Shown here: piece after piece, positions 37,838 to 50,379 of the stretch | Layout of the letters: each line of letters opens with the position of its first letter | Position numbering within the stretch: position 1 is the first letter of the stretch | Assembly: GCF_001447785.1 (NCBI RefSeq) | Contig: NW_015170318.1 | Coordinates: 83,181 to 147,166, forward strand | Source: Gekko japonicus | Taxonomy: Eukaryota | Reading direction: 5' to 3' | Length of the DNA: 63,986 nt | Position numbers and translations under genes: made by a program | Notes under the pieces: generated by a model | The model's database searches: none | What the model saw: the letters and a program-made list of their open reading frames with translations, nothing else | Told to the model about the DNA's origin: nothing

Positions 37838-37941
37838 TATATAATAATTCAGAGAACAAGTTGGGGGAGAGAGACTTGGCTCTGCGAAATCCATCCCTTG
37901 GCCTCTGCGAGTATCCAGCACTCAGGCGAGACCAAACTTGG
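37838..37941 (+). promoter_or_regulatory. TATA box and non-coding exon 1, probably of gene 3
   Basis: TATATAA 37838-37844; donor TTGG|GTAAGT at 37942, same layout as gene 1; C/EBP-type ATTGTGCAAT 37741-37750 upstream. Confidence 0.65.
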
Positions 37942-39567
37942 GTAAGTCAGAGGAGCCCGTGGTCTGGGTTTGACTTCTCCTGTGTGAACCTGCTTCAAGT
38001 GTCCTTACTCTGAGAGATTGGGCGGAGTGGGTATCAGGGGACAGGGCCTTCTCAGTGGTGGCACAAGTCCTTCTTGGAGAAGGACGCTTGGTTCCTATTA
38101 AGACAAGGTTAAAACCAGGGTTGCCAAGTGAGGCCGACAAGCCAGCAGGGGACTTAGCAGGAGGCTCCAGGAGAGGGGAGGGAAGAAGTGCGGCCGTCAC
38201 ATTTAAAGGGACCGCGTTATGCCAGTTTGGTGCAGTGGTTAAGTGTGCGGACTCTAACCTGGGAGAACCGGGTTTGATTCCCCACTCCTCCACTTGCACC
38301 TGGCTGGATGACCATGGGCAAGCCGTAGTTCTGATAAGAGCTGTTCTTGAAAAAGAGCAGTTTCTGTCAAGAGCTCTCTCAGCCACTGTTCCCTCTAAGC
38401 TGAGTTAGTGTGAGCTAGCTCACAATTTCTTAGCCTCTGGCTCACACATTTTTGTCTTAGCTCAGGAAGGAGGGCTCCAGAGCAAACTAATTTATGCAGC
38501 AGCCAGGTCAGTTGCTCACAACTTTAATGCCAGTAGCTCACAAAGTAGAATTTTTGCTCACAAGATTCTACAGCTTAGAGGGAACATTGCTCTCAGCCCC
38601 ACCTCCCTCACAGGGTGTCTGTTGTGGGGAGGGGAAGGGAAAGGAGTTTGTGAGCCGCTCTGAGACACCTTTGGGTAGTGAAGGACAGGGTATAAATCCA
38701 ATCTCTTCTTCTTCTTCCCTCCACCGGAAATAATGGAGATATGGGCACCTTCTTTGGGAGCTCATAAAAGCCCTGGTCCAATCTTTTTGAAAGGGCTAGT
38801 AACAGCAGTTGGCCTGAGGGCCCCTTCGTTCCGTTCTCGCTCTTGCTAGTGCTTATTTTACTTTAGCTGTTTTAATGTGTTGCTAATGTATTTTAATCTG
38901 CTTTTCCAAATATATTTACCTCAGCCACCTTGTGAGGTATACTGTGGACAGACAGGATATAAGCAGCTTAATCCAGACAACCTGTAAAGACTAACGTCTC
39001 CATAGCTTCCTAGATATAATCTGTATACTTAGATTCTTATCTAAGCACCTTAAAGGAACATGGAGCATATCCCTTTTCTTCAGAGGGCCTGTGAGGAATT
39101 TGCCATCACGGCTAATCGCTATTGATGGTCTTACTCTTCAGGGATCTCTGTGGCCATGACCATAGTGGTGAAACATGAAACAGCCGTATACAGAACCAGA
39201 CTGTAGGTCTATCAAAGTCAGTATGACAGTGGCTCTCCAGGGTCTCAGACAGGTAGTCTTTCGCATCACCTACTGCCAGAATTTTTAACTGGAGATGCTG
39301 GGGATTGAACCTGGGACTTTCTTCATTCCAGGAAGATGCTCTACCACTGAGCCACCGTTCCACACCCCAAATGCCCCTGCATTTACCCTTAACTCTCTCC
39401 AATATATATGAAGGGTTACCAATCACTATAATAAATTAAGCAAACCAGTGCAGAACATTGGGACCATACTGAGGCCATCTAATGGGGTCATTTTAAAAGT
39501 TTTTGATGCTTAAACCATTTGGCAGTATTTAACAGCCAATAGGCAAACAATCATATTTAGTTTCAGG

Positions 39568-39815
39568 TGGAGTAGCCGTGTTGGTCTGAAGCAGCAGGCC
39601 AACGTTTGAGTCCAGTGGGCACCTTGAAGACCAACCAAGTTTTATTCATGGCATAAGCTTTCGTGTGCAAGCACACTTTGTCAGATATACAGTGGAAAGA
39701 ACCTGTATCTTTCTCTTTTCCACTTTATCTGAGGAAGTGTGTTTGCACATGAAACCTAATACCACGAATAAAACTTGGTTGGTCTTTGTTGGTGCCGCTG
39801 GACTCAAACTTTGTT
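39568..39815. mobile_element. Penelope-like-element-derived inverted terminal pair; related pieces ~9975-10140, 16020-16390, 17700-18080, 44510-44630, 59876-60230, 61085-61950
   Basis: gtagccgtgttggtctg...tccagtggcacctt.aagaccaac...aagctttcgtg signature in inverted arrangement, with CTGAnnA-stem-GAAA cores. Confidence 0.7.
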
Positions 39816-42800
39816 CCGATAATATTTAGAGTTCAACAGGCCCTGACAGAATCTTGAGTTAATCTGAACGTTGATACGTCTGTGTCCTGTAATACCCAGC
39901 ATCAAATGCTCCATTAGCAATAACATTTCATATTTGACTTGTACTGAATTTGATCTTCAGTATTTGATTACGGAGATCTTGACCCAGCGAAAGTTAGGTT
40001 TAGTATCCCCTGAGTTAGAAAGCCTAGGTCCGGACCATACCATTTTAGAAGAAGAAGAAGAGATTGGATTTATACCCCGCCCTTCACTTGGCGTCTCAGA
40101 GCGGCTTACAAACTCCTTTCCCTTCCCCTCCCCACAACAGACACCCTGTGAGGTGGGGGGGGCTGAGAGAGCTCTGACACAAACTGCTCTTTTTCAGGAA
40201 CAGCTGTGCCAGAGCTTGTGACTGACCCAAGGTCACATCAGCAGGTGCAAGTGGAGGAGTGGGGAATCAAACCCGGTTCTCTCAGATTAGAGTCCGCGCA
40301 CTTAACCACGACACCAAACTGTCTCTCTTTTTAGGCGGCAGGTGAAGGCTCACATGTTCAAATGTTGGCACACAGAAAACTGGATATGAAGGAGAAAGCT
40401 TCTAGCCCAGCCTTCTCCCTGGCAGTTAGTTTTCAGTGTGGAAGGCTTCTGTATGTGTGAAGGAGCCATTGACTCTTCCTGCACTCTGAAGTGGTACAGT
40501 CCATGTACAGGTTTACTGCCTCCATGAGATCTAGACCTTGACAATAGCTGCAGTCCACTGCACACTTACAATATTTTGCCCACTGTTTTGGAATTTAACC
40601 TCATTAAACGTAACAGGATTTATTTCCTGGGTAAACGTACAGAGCTATCACACCTCATAAGGATGTCAGCTTTACCTCAGGATAAGTCCATTCAGTGGAG
40701 CATAGTTCTGAGGAAAAGGTACAGAATCCGACCATAAAAACTCATTGGAGCCAGGAGACCTGGGTCAGTCTCTCCCCAGTCCTTCCACTGGTCCCAACAG
40801 AGCGATGTTCCCTCTCAGCTATAGTCCTGTGAGCAAAAATTCTACTTTGTGAGCAACTAGCATTAAAGTTGTGAGCAGGTGATTTGGCTACTGCATAAAT
40901 TGGTTTGCTCTGGAGCCCATCCTTCCTGAGCTAAGACAAAAATGTGTGAGCCAGAGGCTCAAAAACCGTGAGCTAGCTCACACTAACTCAGCTTAGAGGG
41001 AACATTGGTTGTGACTAACGTCATAGCTGGGCCTCTGACAAAGTGCAGCAGACCTGTGAGGGCCAAAAGAAGTCAAAAGGGCTGGACAGCGCTTCAGAAG
41101 GTGCAGACAACTCTCACGTTATGATGTTCAAAGCAATGGCTGGCTGCTTTCCGGGTGCCCACTAGAAACCATGCTCACCTGTGGACCAATCAAGGGTGGG
41201 CGAGTTCAAAAGCCTTCCTGTGGGGATTCACTCCCAGGCACACAACAGACATGCGCAGGAAGGGATGGGCTCTCCCCACAGTTATTAGGGGAGGGGGGGA
41301 AGAGCCCCAGAAAACCCAGAGAGAACAGAACAGAATTACTCATTAACTAGAACCCAGAGACATTTTGAAGTGAAGACCAGGGGTCGTTTCATAGAAAAAG
41401 AGCTCGGGGAACTCATTAGCATAACTCATTAGCATATGCCACACACCCTGACAATGGACCTGCAAGGCCGGCGGGAGTGCAAGGAAGCCCCGCGAAGGCC
41501 CTCCCTGGCCCCAGGCAGGCAGGGGTGGGGAGAGGCAGGGAGGAAGCAACTTACCCTCCCTCTTCTCCTGCCTCCTCCTGGCTGAATGAGGGCCGGAAGC
41601 GGGGCGGCCGGAAGCAGGGGGCGGGGCTTTGTCATGTGCCCCGCCCCCCACACCTCACCCGGGGGGGACTGCGATCCCCCGCAATCCCCCCGTAATGACC
41701 TCTGGTGAAGAGGGTCCTGAAAATTCAAATCACCACATGTTTTGTTTCAGAGCTAATCTGAAAATCATGCAAAAGGAGGTTGGTGGGATGCTGGGTTGCC
41801 AGCTCCAGGTCGGGAAGGGGGAGACCTCAGCAGGGCAGTGTTCCCTCTCAGCTGAGTTAGTGTGAGCCGGCTCACAGTTTTTTAGCTTCTGGCTCACACG
41901 TTTTTGTTTTCGCTCAGGAAGGACAGCTCCCGAGCAAACTAATTTATGCAGTGGCCAAATCGCTGGCTCACAACTTTAAGGCCAGTCGCTCACAAAGTAG
42001 AATTTTTGCTCACAGGACTCCGTAGCTTAGAGGGAACATTGCAGCAGGGTGCAAATGCCACCGCAGAGCCCATCCTCCAGAGCAGTCATTTTCCTCCAGA
42101 CTATGGAGATCAGTTGTCGTTCCGGGAGATCTCCAGACCCCCCCTGGAGGCTGGCAACCCTGTTTCCTGGGTGATACCACTTTACGCTGCAATGGAGGTG
42201 GCCACTCTTATAATGGAAACCCCAGTGCATGTAGTGAAGCAGCACCTCTGAGGGAAAGATGTAGCCTAGCCATGCATAGTCCTGTGCAAGGAACTTTTTC
42301 ATGTGAGGAAACACTCAAGAAATGAGACAAGCAAGCGTTCACCCCCCACCTGCAGTCTGACATGGTACAATACAGCTCCCCCCCCCCACCCCGTCACCCC
42401 CGTCAGGAGCTGAAAGCCTCTCATGTTTAAACAATAAATCCAAATAATCAATAAACAGCCGTGTGGTGCCGTGTTCAAGAGCACCAGACTAGTATCTGGA
42501 AGATGCAGGTTCGATTCCCCCCTCATGCCATGGAAACTCACTGGGTGACCTTGGGCGAGTCACGCCCTCACAGCCTGACCTTCCTCACAAGGACAAAATG
42601 GAGTGGAGGAGAATTCTGTAAGCCAATTTGGGTCCCCATTGGGGGGGAAAGGCGAGATATAAATGAATGAAATAAATAAAATAGAGGACTAAATAACTGT
42701 CTCCCTCAGGGGTCATTTCGTAGAAAAAGAGGAGCAGGAGCTCATTAGCATAACTCATTAGCATATGCCACCCCCCCTGACATCACCTGAAGTGTGTCAG

Positions 42801-43176
42801 AAGGCAACGCTCAGGCTCCACTGGACTGTTTTGGATTGCTAGCTATTGGAGGGGGGGGAACGTGCAGATCTGTCCTCACAGAGGAGGGAGAGCTTGTACC
42901 TGAACAAAACTTGGTCTTAAAGGTGCCACTGGACTGATTTGGACCAGGGGGGCCGGGGGGAGCTCTGCAGCTTACCTGGCTCCTTCTTGCTCTGACTGAG
43001 GGCTGCTGGGAGAAGGGGGTGGGGCTTGTTGCATGTGCCCGCCCCCTGGGCTCTTTACTGCCGGAGCTCCGCTCCTGTGCGCTCCTGCAGGAAATGACCC
43101 CTGGTCTCCCTTGAGGCTGAGATATAGATTTCAAATTTCTTTTAATTTTCCGTAGTCTCCAACACCCCCCACCAGG

Positions 43177-43608
43177 ATGTCCCCCAAGATCTCCTTCTGG
43201 CTGCTGCTGCGTTTGGCCGTCCTTCTGGCAGCTCTTCTGGTACAGTCCAGCGAAGGGGCCACCTACCAGGATTTCAGAAACAGGCACATAGATCATCCGA
43301 AAACCAGAGCCGCCAACAACAACGCCTACTGCAACCTCATGATGAGGCGGAGAGGCATGATGAATCGCACTTGCAAGCCCACCAACACGTTCATCAACAA
43401 CAGCCCCAACCACATCCAGCATGTCTGCCGCGGGGGAGGGCGCCGGGTGAATAGGAATATTTTCGAAAGCAGAAGGCGTTTCAGTGTCATCACCTGCCGC
43501 AGTAGAGGCCGTTTCCCTAACTGCCAATATGTCGGCAGAAGACAGAGCAAGAGAATCCGTGTGGGCTGCGTCCGCAGCCTGCCCGTCCACTTTGACAGGC
43601 TCGTCTAG
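43177..43608 (+). CDS. Highly cationic, Arg-rich secreted RNase A-family protein (gene 3), intact triad, 143 aa
   Basis: Signal peptide to ...SSEG; FRNRH, CKPTNTF, LPVHFD; 6 Cys; acceptor ttttccgtAG at 43154-43155; hand count 23 Arg in about 116 mature residues. Confidence 0.96.
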   Translation: MSPKISFWLLLRLAVLLAALLVQSSEGATYQDFRNRHIDHPKTRAANNNAYCNLMMRRRGMMNRTCKPTNTFINNSPNHIQHVCRGGGRRVNRNIFESRRRFSVITCRSRGRFPNCQYVGRRQSKRIRVGCVRSLPVHFDRLV

Positions 43609-46387
43609 GGCGAAGCAGCCCGCAACCCACCCGCAGGAAGCCAGAAGTGGAATGGAATCTTGAAACGGCGGCCATCTTGTTCTGCTTTGCTTGATGCGTT
43701 CTCAGCAATGGATCTCTGGGCCATCGTCACTGTTCATACTCAAACTCAGTTAGCAGGTGTTCCTTCTCCCCAGGGAATCCCGGGAATCGTCGTTCTGCAC
43801 AAGAGAGCTCAAAGATCACTAATGCAGGATGTTCGGTGTTAGGCTTGCCAAGTCCCCCCGGGGGGCGGGGAAACCCCCGCCCCAGAGGCCCGTTCCCCGC
43901 TGCCAGCGGATCGGGCCCAGGGGGAACCCCACCCCGACGTGCACATCACCCGGAAGTGACGCGACGCCGCCGGGCACGCTGTGGGCGGAGCCACAGTCAT
44001 CCGAGGGAAAACTATGGCGTGGCCCTGCCCCCAGCGTGCCCAGCGTCGTCACGTCACTTCCAGGTGACGTGCGTGCGGCGCGTGCTCCAGATGCCAGACG
44101 GGAGTCCCCCGCTGAGGCTTGAAAACGACTTGGCAACCCTCCTCAGTGTTGTCATCAGACTAGAAATCCCAGGGTTCTTTGGGGGGAAATACAATAGTTG
44201 AAGCAGTGGTATAAAGCCATCCGTGCTGACAGAGGCTGAAAAACCTGGCTCCGGCCAGCCCCTTCAGCCCTTGATGAAAACAAAACCACAGGGTGTCAGT
44301 CATTAAAGGCCTGGCTCACACATGTACAGGCATCTCTTGGGTTCTCTACCCTTTGTTACCATCTCTACCCTTGTGACAGGGAGGAGAATGTGTGAACTAT
44401 CTCATCTCCCCTGAAAAAAATTGCGCCTGACGTGATACTGTCTGCCAGTGATCACTTGACGCTGTTTCTATTTAATGTCATAGATTATGTGTGAAGGCTG
44501 AAATCCCAAATCCAGTAGCAACTTAAAAACCAGCAAGATCTTCCAGGGGACAAGTTTTTGTGAGTGAGGTTCCCCTTGTCAGATATCTGGAAAGTCTTGT
44601 TGGTTTTTAAGGTGCTACTGGACTTGAATTGTGGCCTACCATCATAAGACTAACCCTCCTACCCTGAAATGTGGAGAATGGTTGGGTTCACAGGTTTTTA
44701 CTTTTGAACTATCTCATTCTTACCAGTTTACCGTTCAGCACTCAGTCTTGTGCATACACACATCAATGCTTCTCACACATCGCTTTCATATTCTCCTTTA
44801 CACAGACACACGCAAAATACACAGACACATATATAATCACATTCATGCTGCTCCTCAGTTCTCACACACTATTCTCTGTCATACGCAACCAGCCATGCAG
44901 TTCATACGCCCCACTGATGTACCATACAGCCATCCACTTGGCCGTCTGTTGGCTACCAATAGCACCTCCCCTCCTTCTCTCTTCTGCTCCCAACCCGAGA
45001 TGTTTGAAGCCTTTGCGTGCTGACTGGGTTTGGTTTGGAGTTGGGTTTATCTTTTCCCTAAACTTCTGAGCAGCTGGAATCTTCATGAACATTCCATTAA
45101 CACCTCCTCAGTTAAGCCATGAGGCCTGTTTCAGTCAACTGAAGCTAGAATCCTCACAGCCAAGAGCAAAGGAGGTTTTAAACGCTGCAGGCGTTTAAAC
45201 CTACCTCAAGTTTTATTTTACATTGAGTTTATCTAACAACGGAGGGGTCAGATGTCTTAGGGTGTGTGTGGGGGGGTTTCATCACAGTGACATGCTCTTC
45301 ATTACTTTCCAAGCACTATTTGCCTCCCTGCCGTCATTACTGTGACCCGTTATGGTTGCCAACCTCCAGCTGGGACCTGGAGATTGCCCAGAATTACAAT
45401 TGCTCTCCAGACAACAGAGATCAGTTCCCTGGAGAAAACGGCTCCTTGGCAGTGGGGAGTTTATGGCATTATACTCTGCTGAGACCCCTCTGCTCCCCCC
45501 AAACCCTATACAGGTTGACTGGGTTGTCCTAAGGCTCCTCTTGGTAATTTCCCAGCCTGGAGTTGGCCACTCTACAAGTAACCATTGATCCAACTGAGGC
45601 TTTGACTGAAATGATATAAGTAGCTGCAACCCTCCTGATATTGTTTTCTCCTGCCCTCTGGTGTTCGTTGGACAGTATTACAGCCCTTCCCGTCCACCGT
45701 CTCTACAGTCAAACTAATCCTCTCTACTTCCCCACGGAGGAACCACTGTATCAGGATGACGACAAGCATATGCTGGTGGCTTGCTTTTGCCCCTCTATCA
45801 AATAAATTCTTGCAAATGCAAAAAATAATGTTTGTTTGTATAAGTGTGGTATCCAGTTTCTAAACTGAGAATGTCTGGGCTTGTGTCTCCCATCACTGGC
45901 CAGCTTCCCTTGCTTGCCGGAGCTGCTGTATCTCCAGGGGAAGGAATCATATGATTGAGAACAGGGTGTTGTTGTTTTTTCCATTTTCACATTCTCTTTT
46001 TCTTCACGTGCAAACCTGTCATAAGCACGGGAGGGGATTCCCGCAGCGTAGGGTTGCCAACCTCCAGGCGCTGGCTGGAGATCTCCTGGGGATTATAACG
46101 GATGCCCAGACAACAGCTGGAGAAAATGGCCCCTTTGTAAAGGAGACTCAATGACATTATACCCCACTGTAGTCCCTTCCCTCTCTCCCCAAACTCCACC
46201 CTCCTCCGGCTCCACCCACAAAATCCCCAGGTATTTCCCAACCTGGAGCTCGCAACCCTACCGACAGGTAGTGCACATGAGCATCCTTCCACTCAGAGAA
46301 AAGGATGTGTTTGGAAGAAGGCTAAGCTAGACGCCTTCTCCTTCTTCTGCAGTCTTCTATAGGCCAGCGTTTGACCTTGTGAGACCC

Positions 46388-46985
46388 TGCATGCCATCTG
46401 ACCCGGCTGGCCCAGGCTACCCTAGTCTTGCCAGATCTCGGAAGCTACGCAGGGTCAGCCCTGGTCAGCATTTGGATGGGAGACCATCAAGGAATACCAG
46501 GGTCACTACACGGAGGTAGGCATGTCGCGCAGTCTCGCGCAGTATGCGTCACCGGGTCAGCTTTCAGCCAAAGATCCAAATTGCACCCTGCTAAGATCCC
46601 ACTGCAGTAAACCACGCTCACACAGTTCTTGCGGTTGACTGTATACAGCGATTTATTTCCAATATATACAGCTCTCTCCGTCAAAGTGCTCCGCCATACG
46701 CTCATACAAATAGAAGGGAATACAATGTACAGACTACACACACTTATATACACTTGACCAGCCAACCAGCTTACTGCAGAGTCACAGTGAGGTAGCTCAG
46801 CTTAGCTCCAGTCAGAATGGTTTGCTCTGGTTCTTCAGACTGTCAGACACCTGTCAAATAGATTGGCATGATCACACGTGCTGAAGCTTTATACCTCTCA
46901 ACAAGGCAATGGCAAACCATCTGTGAACGTCTCTTGCCTTGAAAACCCTACGGGGTCGCCACAGGTTGGCTGGGACGTGACATCC
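46388..46985 (+). mobile_element. 5S rRNA-derived SINE with RTE-like tail, interrupted by a solo LTR; related copies ~560-690(-), 20000-20131(-), 21950-22158(-), 30570-30772(-)
   Basis: gatctcggaagcta.gcagggtc...tggatgggagacc matches the 5S internal control region; followed by ggcaaacc...gccttgaaaacccta tail. Confidence 0.75.
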
Positions 46986-47802
46986 AAAGACAGAGCCAGG
47001 TTCCCCCTATCAGGGAGCCCTAAAGCTTGAAGTGATAGCAGAGTTCTGTCGGTGCCGTCTGATCTGTGAATTCACACATGCCAGTCAGTGTTCCCTCCAA
47101 GCCACCGGTTCCCGAAATGGGCAACACTGCTGGAACGATCCAGGTGGGCGGTAGGAGGGAGGTAGGCATGTCGCGCAGTCTCGCGCAGTATGCGTCACCG
47201 GGTCAGCTTTCAGCCAAAGATCCAAATTGCACCCTGCTAAGATCCCACTGCAGTAAACCACGCTCACACAGTTCTTGCGGTTGACTGTATACAGCGATTT
47301 ATTTCCAATATATACAGCTCTCTCCGTCAAAGTGCTCCGCCATACGCTCATACAAATAGAAGGGAATACAATGTACAGACTACACACACTTATATACACT
47401 TGACCAGCCAACCAGCTTACTGCAGAGTCACAGTGAGGTAGCTCAGCTTAGCTCCAGTCAGAATGGTTTGCTCTGGTTCTTCAGACTGTCAGACACCTGT
47501 CAAATAGATTGGCATGATCACACGTGCTGAAGCTTTATACCTCTCAACAAGGCAATGGCAAACCATCTGTGAACGTCTCTTGCCTTGAAAACCCTACGGG
47601 GTCGCCACAGGTTGGCTGGGACGTGACATCCAAAGACAGAGCCAGGTTCCCCCTATCAGGGAGCCCTAAAGCTTGAAGTGATAGCAGAGTTCTGTCGGTG
47701 CGGTCTGATCTGTGGATTCACACATGCCAGTCACTGTTCCCTCCAAGCCACCGGTTGCCGAAATGGGCAACACTGCTGGAACGGTCCAGGTGGGCGGTAG
47801 GA
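46512..47802. repeat. Near-identical tandem duplication, period 646 bp
   Basis: Units start 46512 and 47158; duplicates the solo LTR with both TSDs. Confidence 0.92.
46523..46903 (-). mobile_element. Solo LTR, 381 bp (second copy 47169-47549)
   Basis: TG...CA ends; 5-bp TSD AGGCA; TATA then AATAAA on the minus strand. Confidence 0.82.
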
Positions 47803-49491
47803 GTCTTGGGTGCAAATTGGTCACTGCATCTTTTTTTAATCCACTTTTTCAAGATAGATTTCCAGGGGGGCCCTGAGTAAAAAAAAAAATCCTGAAAAGT
47901 GGGCAGTGGGCCAAATAAGTCTGGGAACCTCTGCTCTAAGCTGAGTGAGTGTGAGCTAGCTCACAGTTCTTTAGCCTCCAGCTCACAGATTTCTTTTCTT
48001 TGCTCAGGAAGGGATGGCTCCAGAGCAAACTGATTTATGCAGCAGCCAAATCGCTCACTCAGAACTTTAATGTCAGGAGCTCACAAAGTAGAATTTTTGC
48101 TCACAAGACTCCACAGCTTAGAGCAGTGGTGGTGAACCTATGGCACGGGTGCCAGAGGCGGCACTCAGAGCCCTCTCTGTGGGCACGCGTGCCATCGCCC
48201 CAGCCAGGCCCAGACCATCATTAAAGTGTTGAATTATCTGCCAAATAATTTTAAGTAAATGAAAGCATTTGGGATTGCTTTCCTTACTTTGTTTGGATCA
48301 TCTTAAGTTAATGTATGAGTTGTTTTTTCTAAACTACAACCTCAGTAGTCAGGTAAACTAATTTCTGCAGCAGCCAAATCGCTCGCTCAGAACTTTAATG
48401 CCAGGAGCTCACAAAGTAAATTTTTGCTCACAAGACCCCACAGCCTAGAGGGACCCTTGATGCCGGTGGCCACTTGTTGCTGCTTATACCTGGTATTATG
48501 GATTACGTGCGTATACCTGTGAGATGCACAGATGCTTACATTTGAATTACCTAATCATTCCCATTCAACAGTCAGTCTCACACATTTCTTAATTTTCTCA
48601 CCTCTTTCATATGTGCACCGCAATGTCATGTGCAAAAGCCCTAGATTCTGAAGGCCTGGGCTGCTGACGAGGTTTGGTTTGGAATTGGGTTTTTGCTCTT
48701 ATCAAATTTATGAGCAGCTGGAATCTTCATAAACAGGGCTTTTTTTGTAGAAAAAGCCCAGCAGGAACTCATTAGCATATTAGGCCATACCCCTGACAGC
48801 ACAGCTCTCTCCCAGGATCGGCTTCCCTAGGTGCCCCACGGCTTACGGGACGGCTGGGGAACCTGAGGGAAGAAAGGCAGTTTAAACTGCCTTCCCTCCC
48901 TGGATTGGCTTGGCTTCCCCAGGCGCTCTGCGGCTTGTGAGGCACCTGAGGAACCCGAGGGGGAGAGGCTGTAGGCGTGGCCAACTCAGAAGCCAGCCGC
49001 AACTCCGTTCCTGTGCGTTCCTGCCCCAAAATAGCCCTGTTTATAAAAGTTCCATAGCAGCTGCCCACCTGGTGGTCAAGCATTTCCCTGGGCGTGCACG
49101 AAAGGGCCAGGAGAACTAAGCAAAGCTGCAACCCTTCCCGCCCTCCCTCTCATGATCTGCCTCAGTTCACAGACTAGAACTGGCTTTAGAAAGTGGGTGG
49201 GGCTAGGGGGAGCTTCTGCCCAGCAAGGCTTCTGATTGGCCATTGGAGATGTGACTGGCTCTGCAGATTTTTTTCAAAGCATTGCTTTGGCAGCAACTGC
49301 CACCACTGCCCACGGATCTTCACTGTGCGTCTGGAGCTAAGCTGCAGCAGCCAACCTCAAGTGGTGGCCATTTTGTGGCTGCACCCACCACCCTGCGTCG
49401 TAATTCCAAAGGTACCTGCAGGCTCAAAAAGGATGGGGACACTGATCTCTCAAACCAGAATATTTTTTTAAAAGCTCTCTTGTTAAATTGT

Positions 49492-49805
49492 AGGTAAAAA
49501 GGTATAGGTTCCCTTGCTCGAAAGCCAGTCGAATCCGACTCTAGGGTTGCGGTGCTCATCCCCATTTCAAAGCCAAAGAGCCAGCGCTGTCCGAAGACAT
49601 TTCCGTGGTCATGTGGCCGGCATGACTAAACAACAAGGCGCACAGAACGCTGTTACCTTCCCACCGAAGTGGTACCTATTTATCTACTTGCAATTTCTTG
49701 CTTTTGAACTGCTAGGTTGGCAGGAGCCGGAACTAGAGATGGGAGCTCACTCCATCATGCGGCACCCGGGTCTCGAACTGCTGAACTACTGACCTTCCAC
49801 AGCCC
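49492..49805 (-). mobile_element. Sauria SINE (5' truncated)
   Basis: Same core and tail as 6010-6346. Confidence 0.85.
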
Positions 49806-50379
49806 CTCTAAAGCCTTCTTAACCAGGCTGACTTTGTTTTGTTTCCCATAAGTCTGTAGAATTGGCTATTTCAGCAAGTGTGCTCTACACTACTGGGGCC
49901 AACACTGAGAAGCCCTGTCATCTTATCTGTCAGATTTCACCTTACATATTGCAGGGACGATCTCCCCAAGTGATATCAAAACACAGGGATGGGGGGGGAT
50001 TCACCACATGAGAATCCTTCCTCTCATTATAGCTGTAACAAATCCCTGTTTGGCCCCTTTAAGAGAAACAGCTGCGACCCAGAAGTCTGGTTTTTGGAGA
50101 GCTGATTCTGCCCAGCGTGGTCCAGCCAGAGCAAGCTGGAAGACTGGAAGTGTGTGACTCTCAAGACTGGTCTCGAAATAAAGTCAGTGAGCTGTTGATT
50201 TTACCCTCTTGCCAGTCCCCCAAGGACGATACAGAGTGTCAGAAGCCAGGCTGTTCATGGCCTTCACCCAGAGCACCAGAAGAAAAGTGAGACTGGAAAC
50301 GGAGCAGAGACCAGGGTAAGATTTGCAGACGGAGACAAGTAAGTGGTCCACAGCATAAAAGGCAGCTTGTTTTCCAGTA

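Noticed and set aside
37366-38013. 215-aa plus ORF, and a Cys-rich minus ORF with faint RNase-like spacing (YIDPKRR, GVSTEDCT, CRDG)
   Set aside because: Non-ATG starts, no signal peptide, Cys spacing off. The region is better explained as the promoter and first exon of gene 3.
46410-46505. 5S rRNA gene
   Set aside because: Diverged and fused to a LINE-like tail; a SINE head, not a gene.
46523-47549. Two-LTR TRIM-like element
   Set aside because: Each LTR has its own AGGCA TSD pair and the inner sequence is host SINE and flank; it is a tandem duplication.
50034-50345. First exon for gene 4 (donors at 50316 and 50339)
   Set aside because: Looks like an LTR plus the start of internal sequence; 52895-53006 is a better candidate. 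Not fully excluded.
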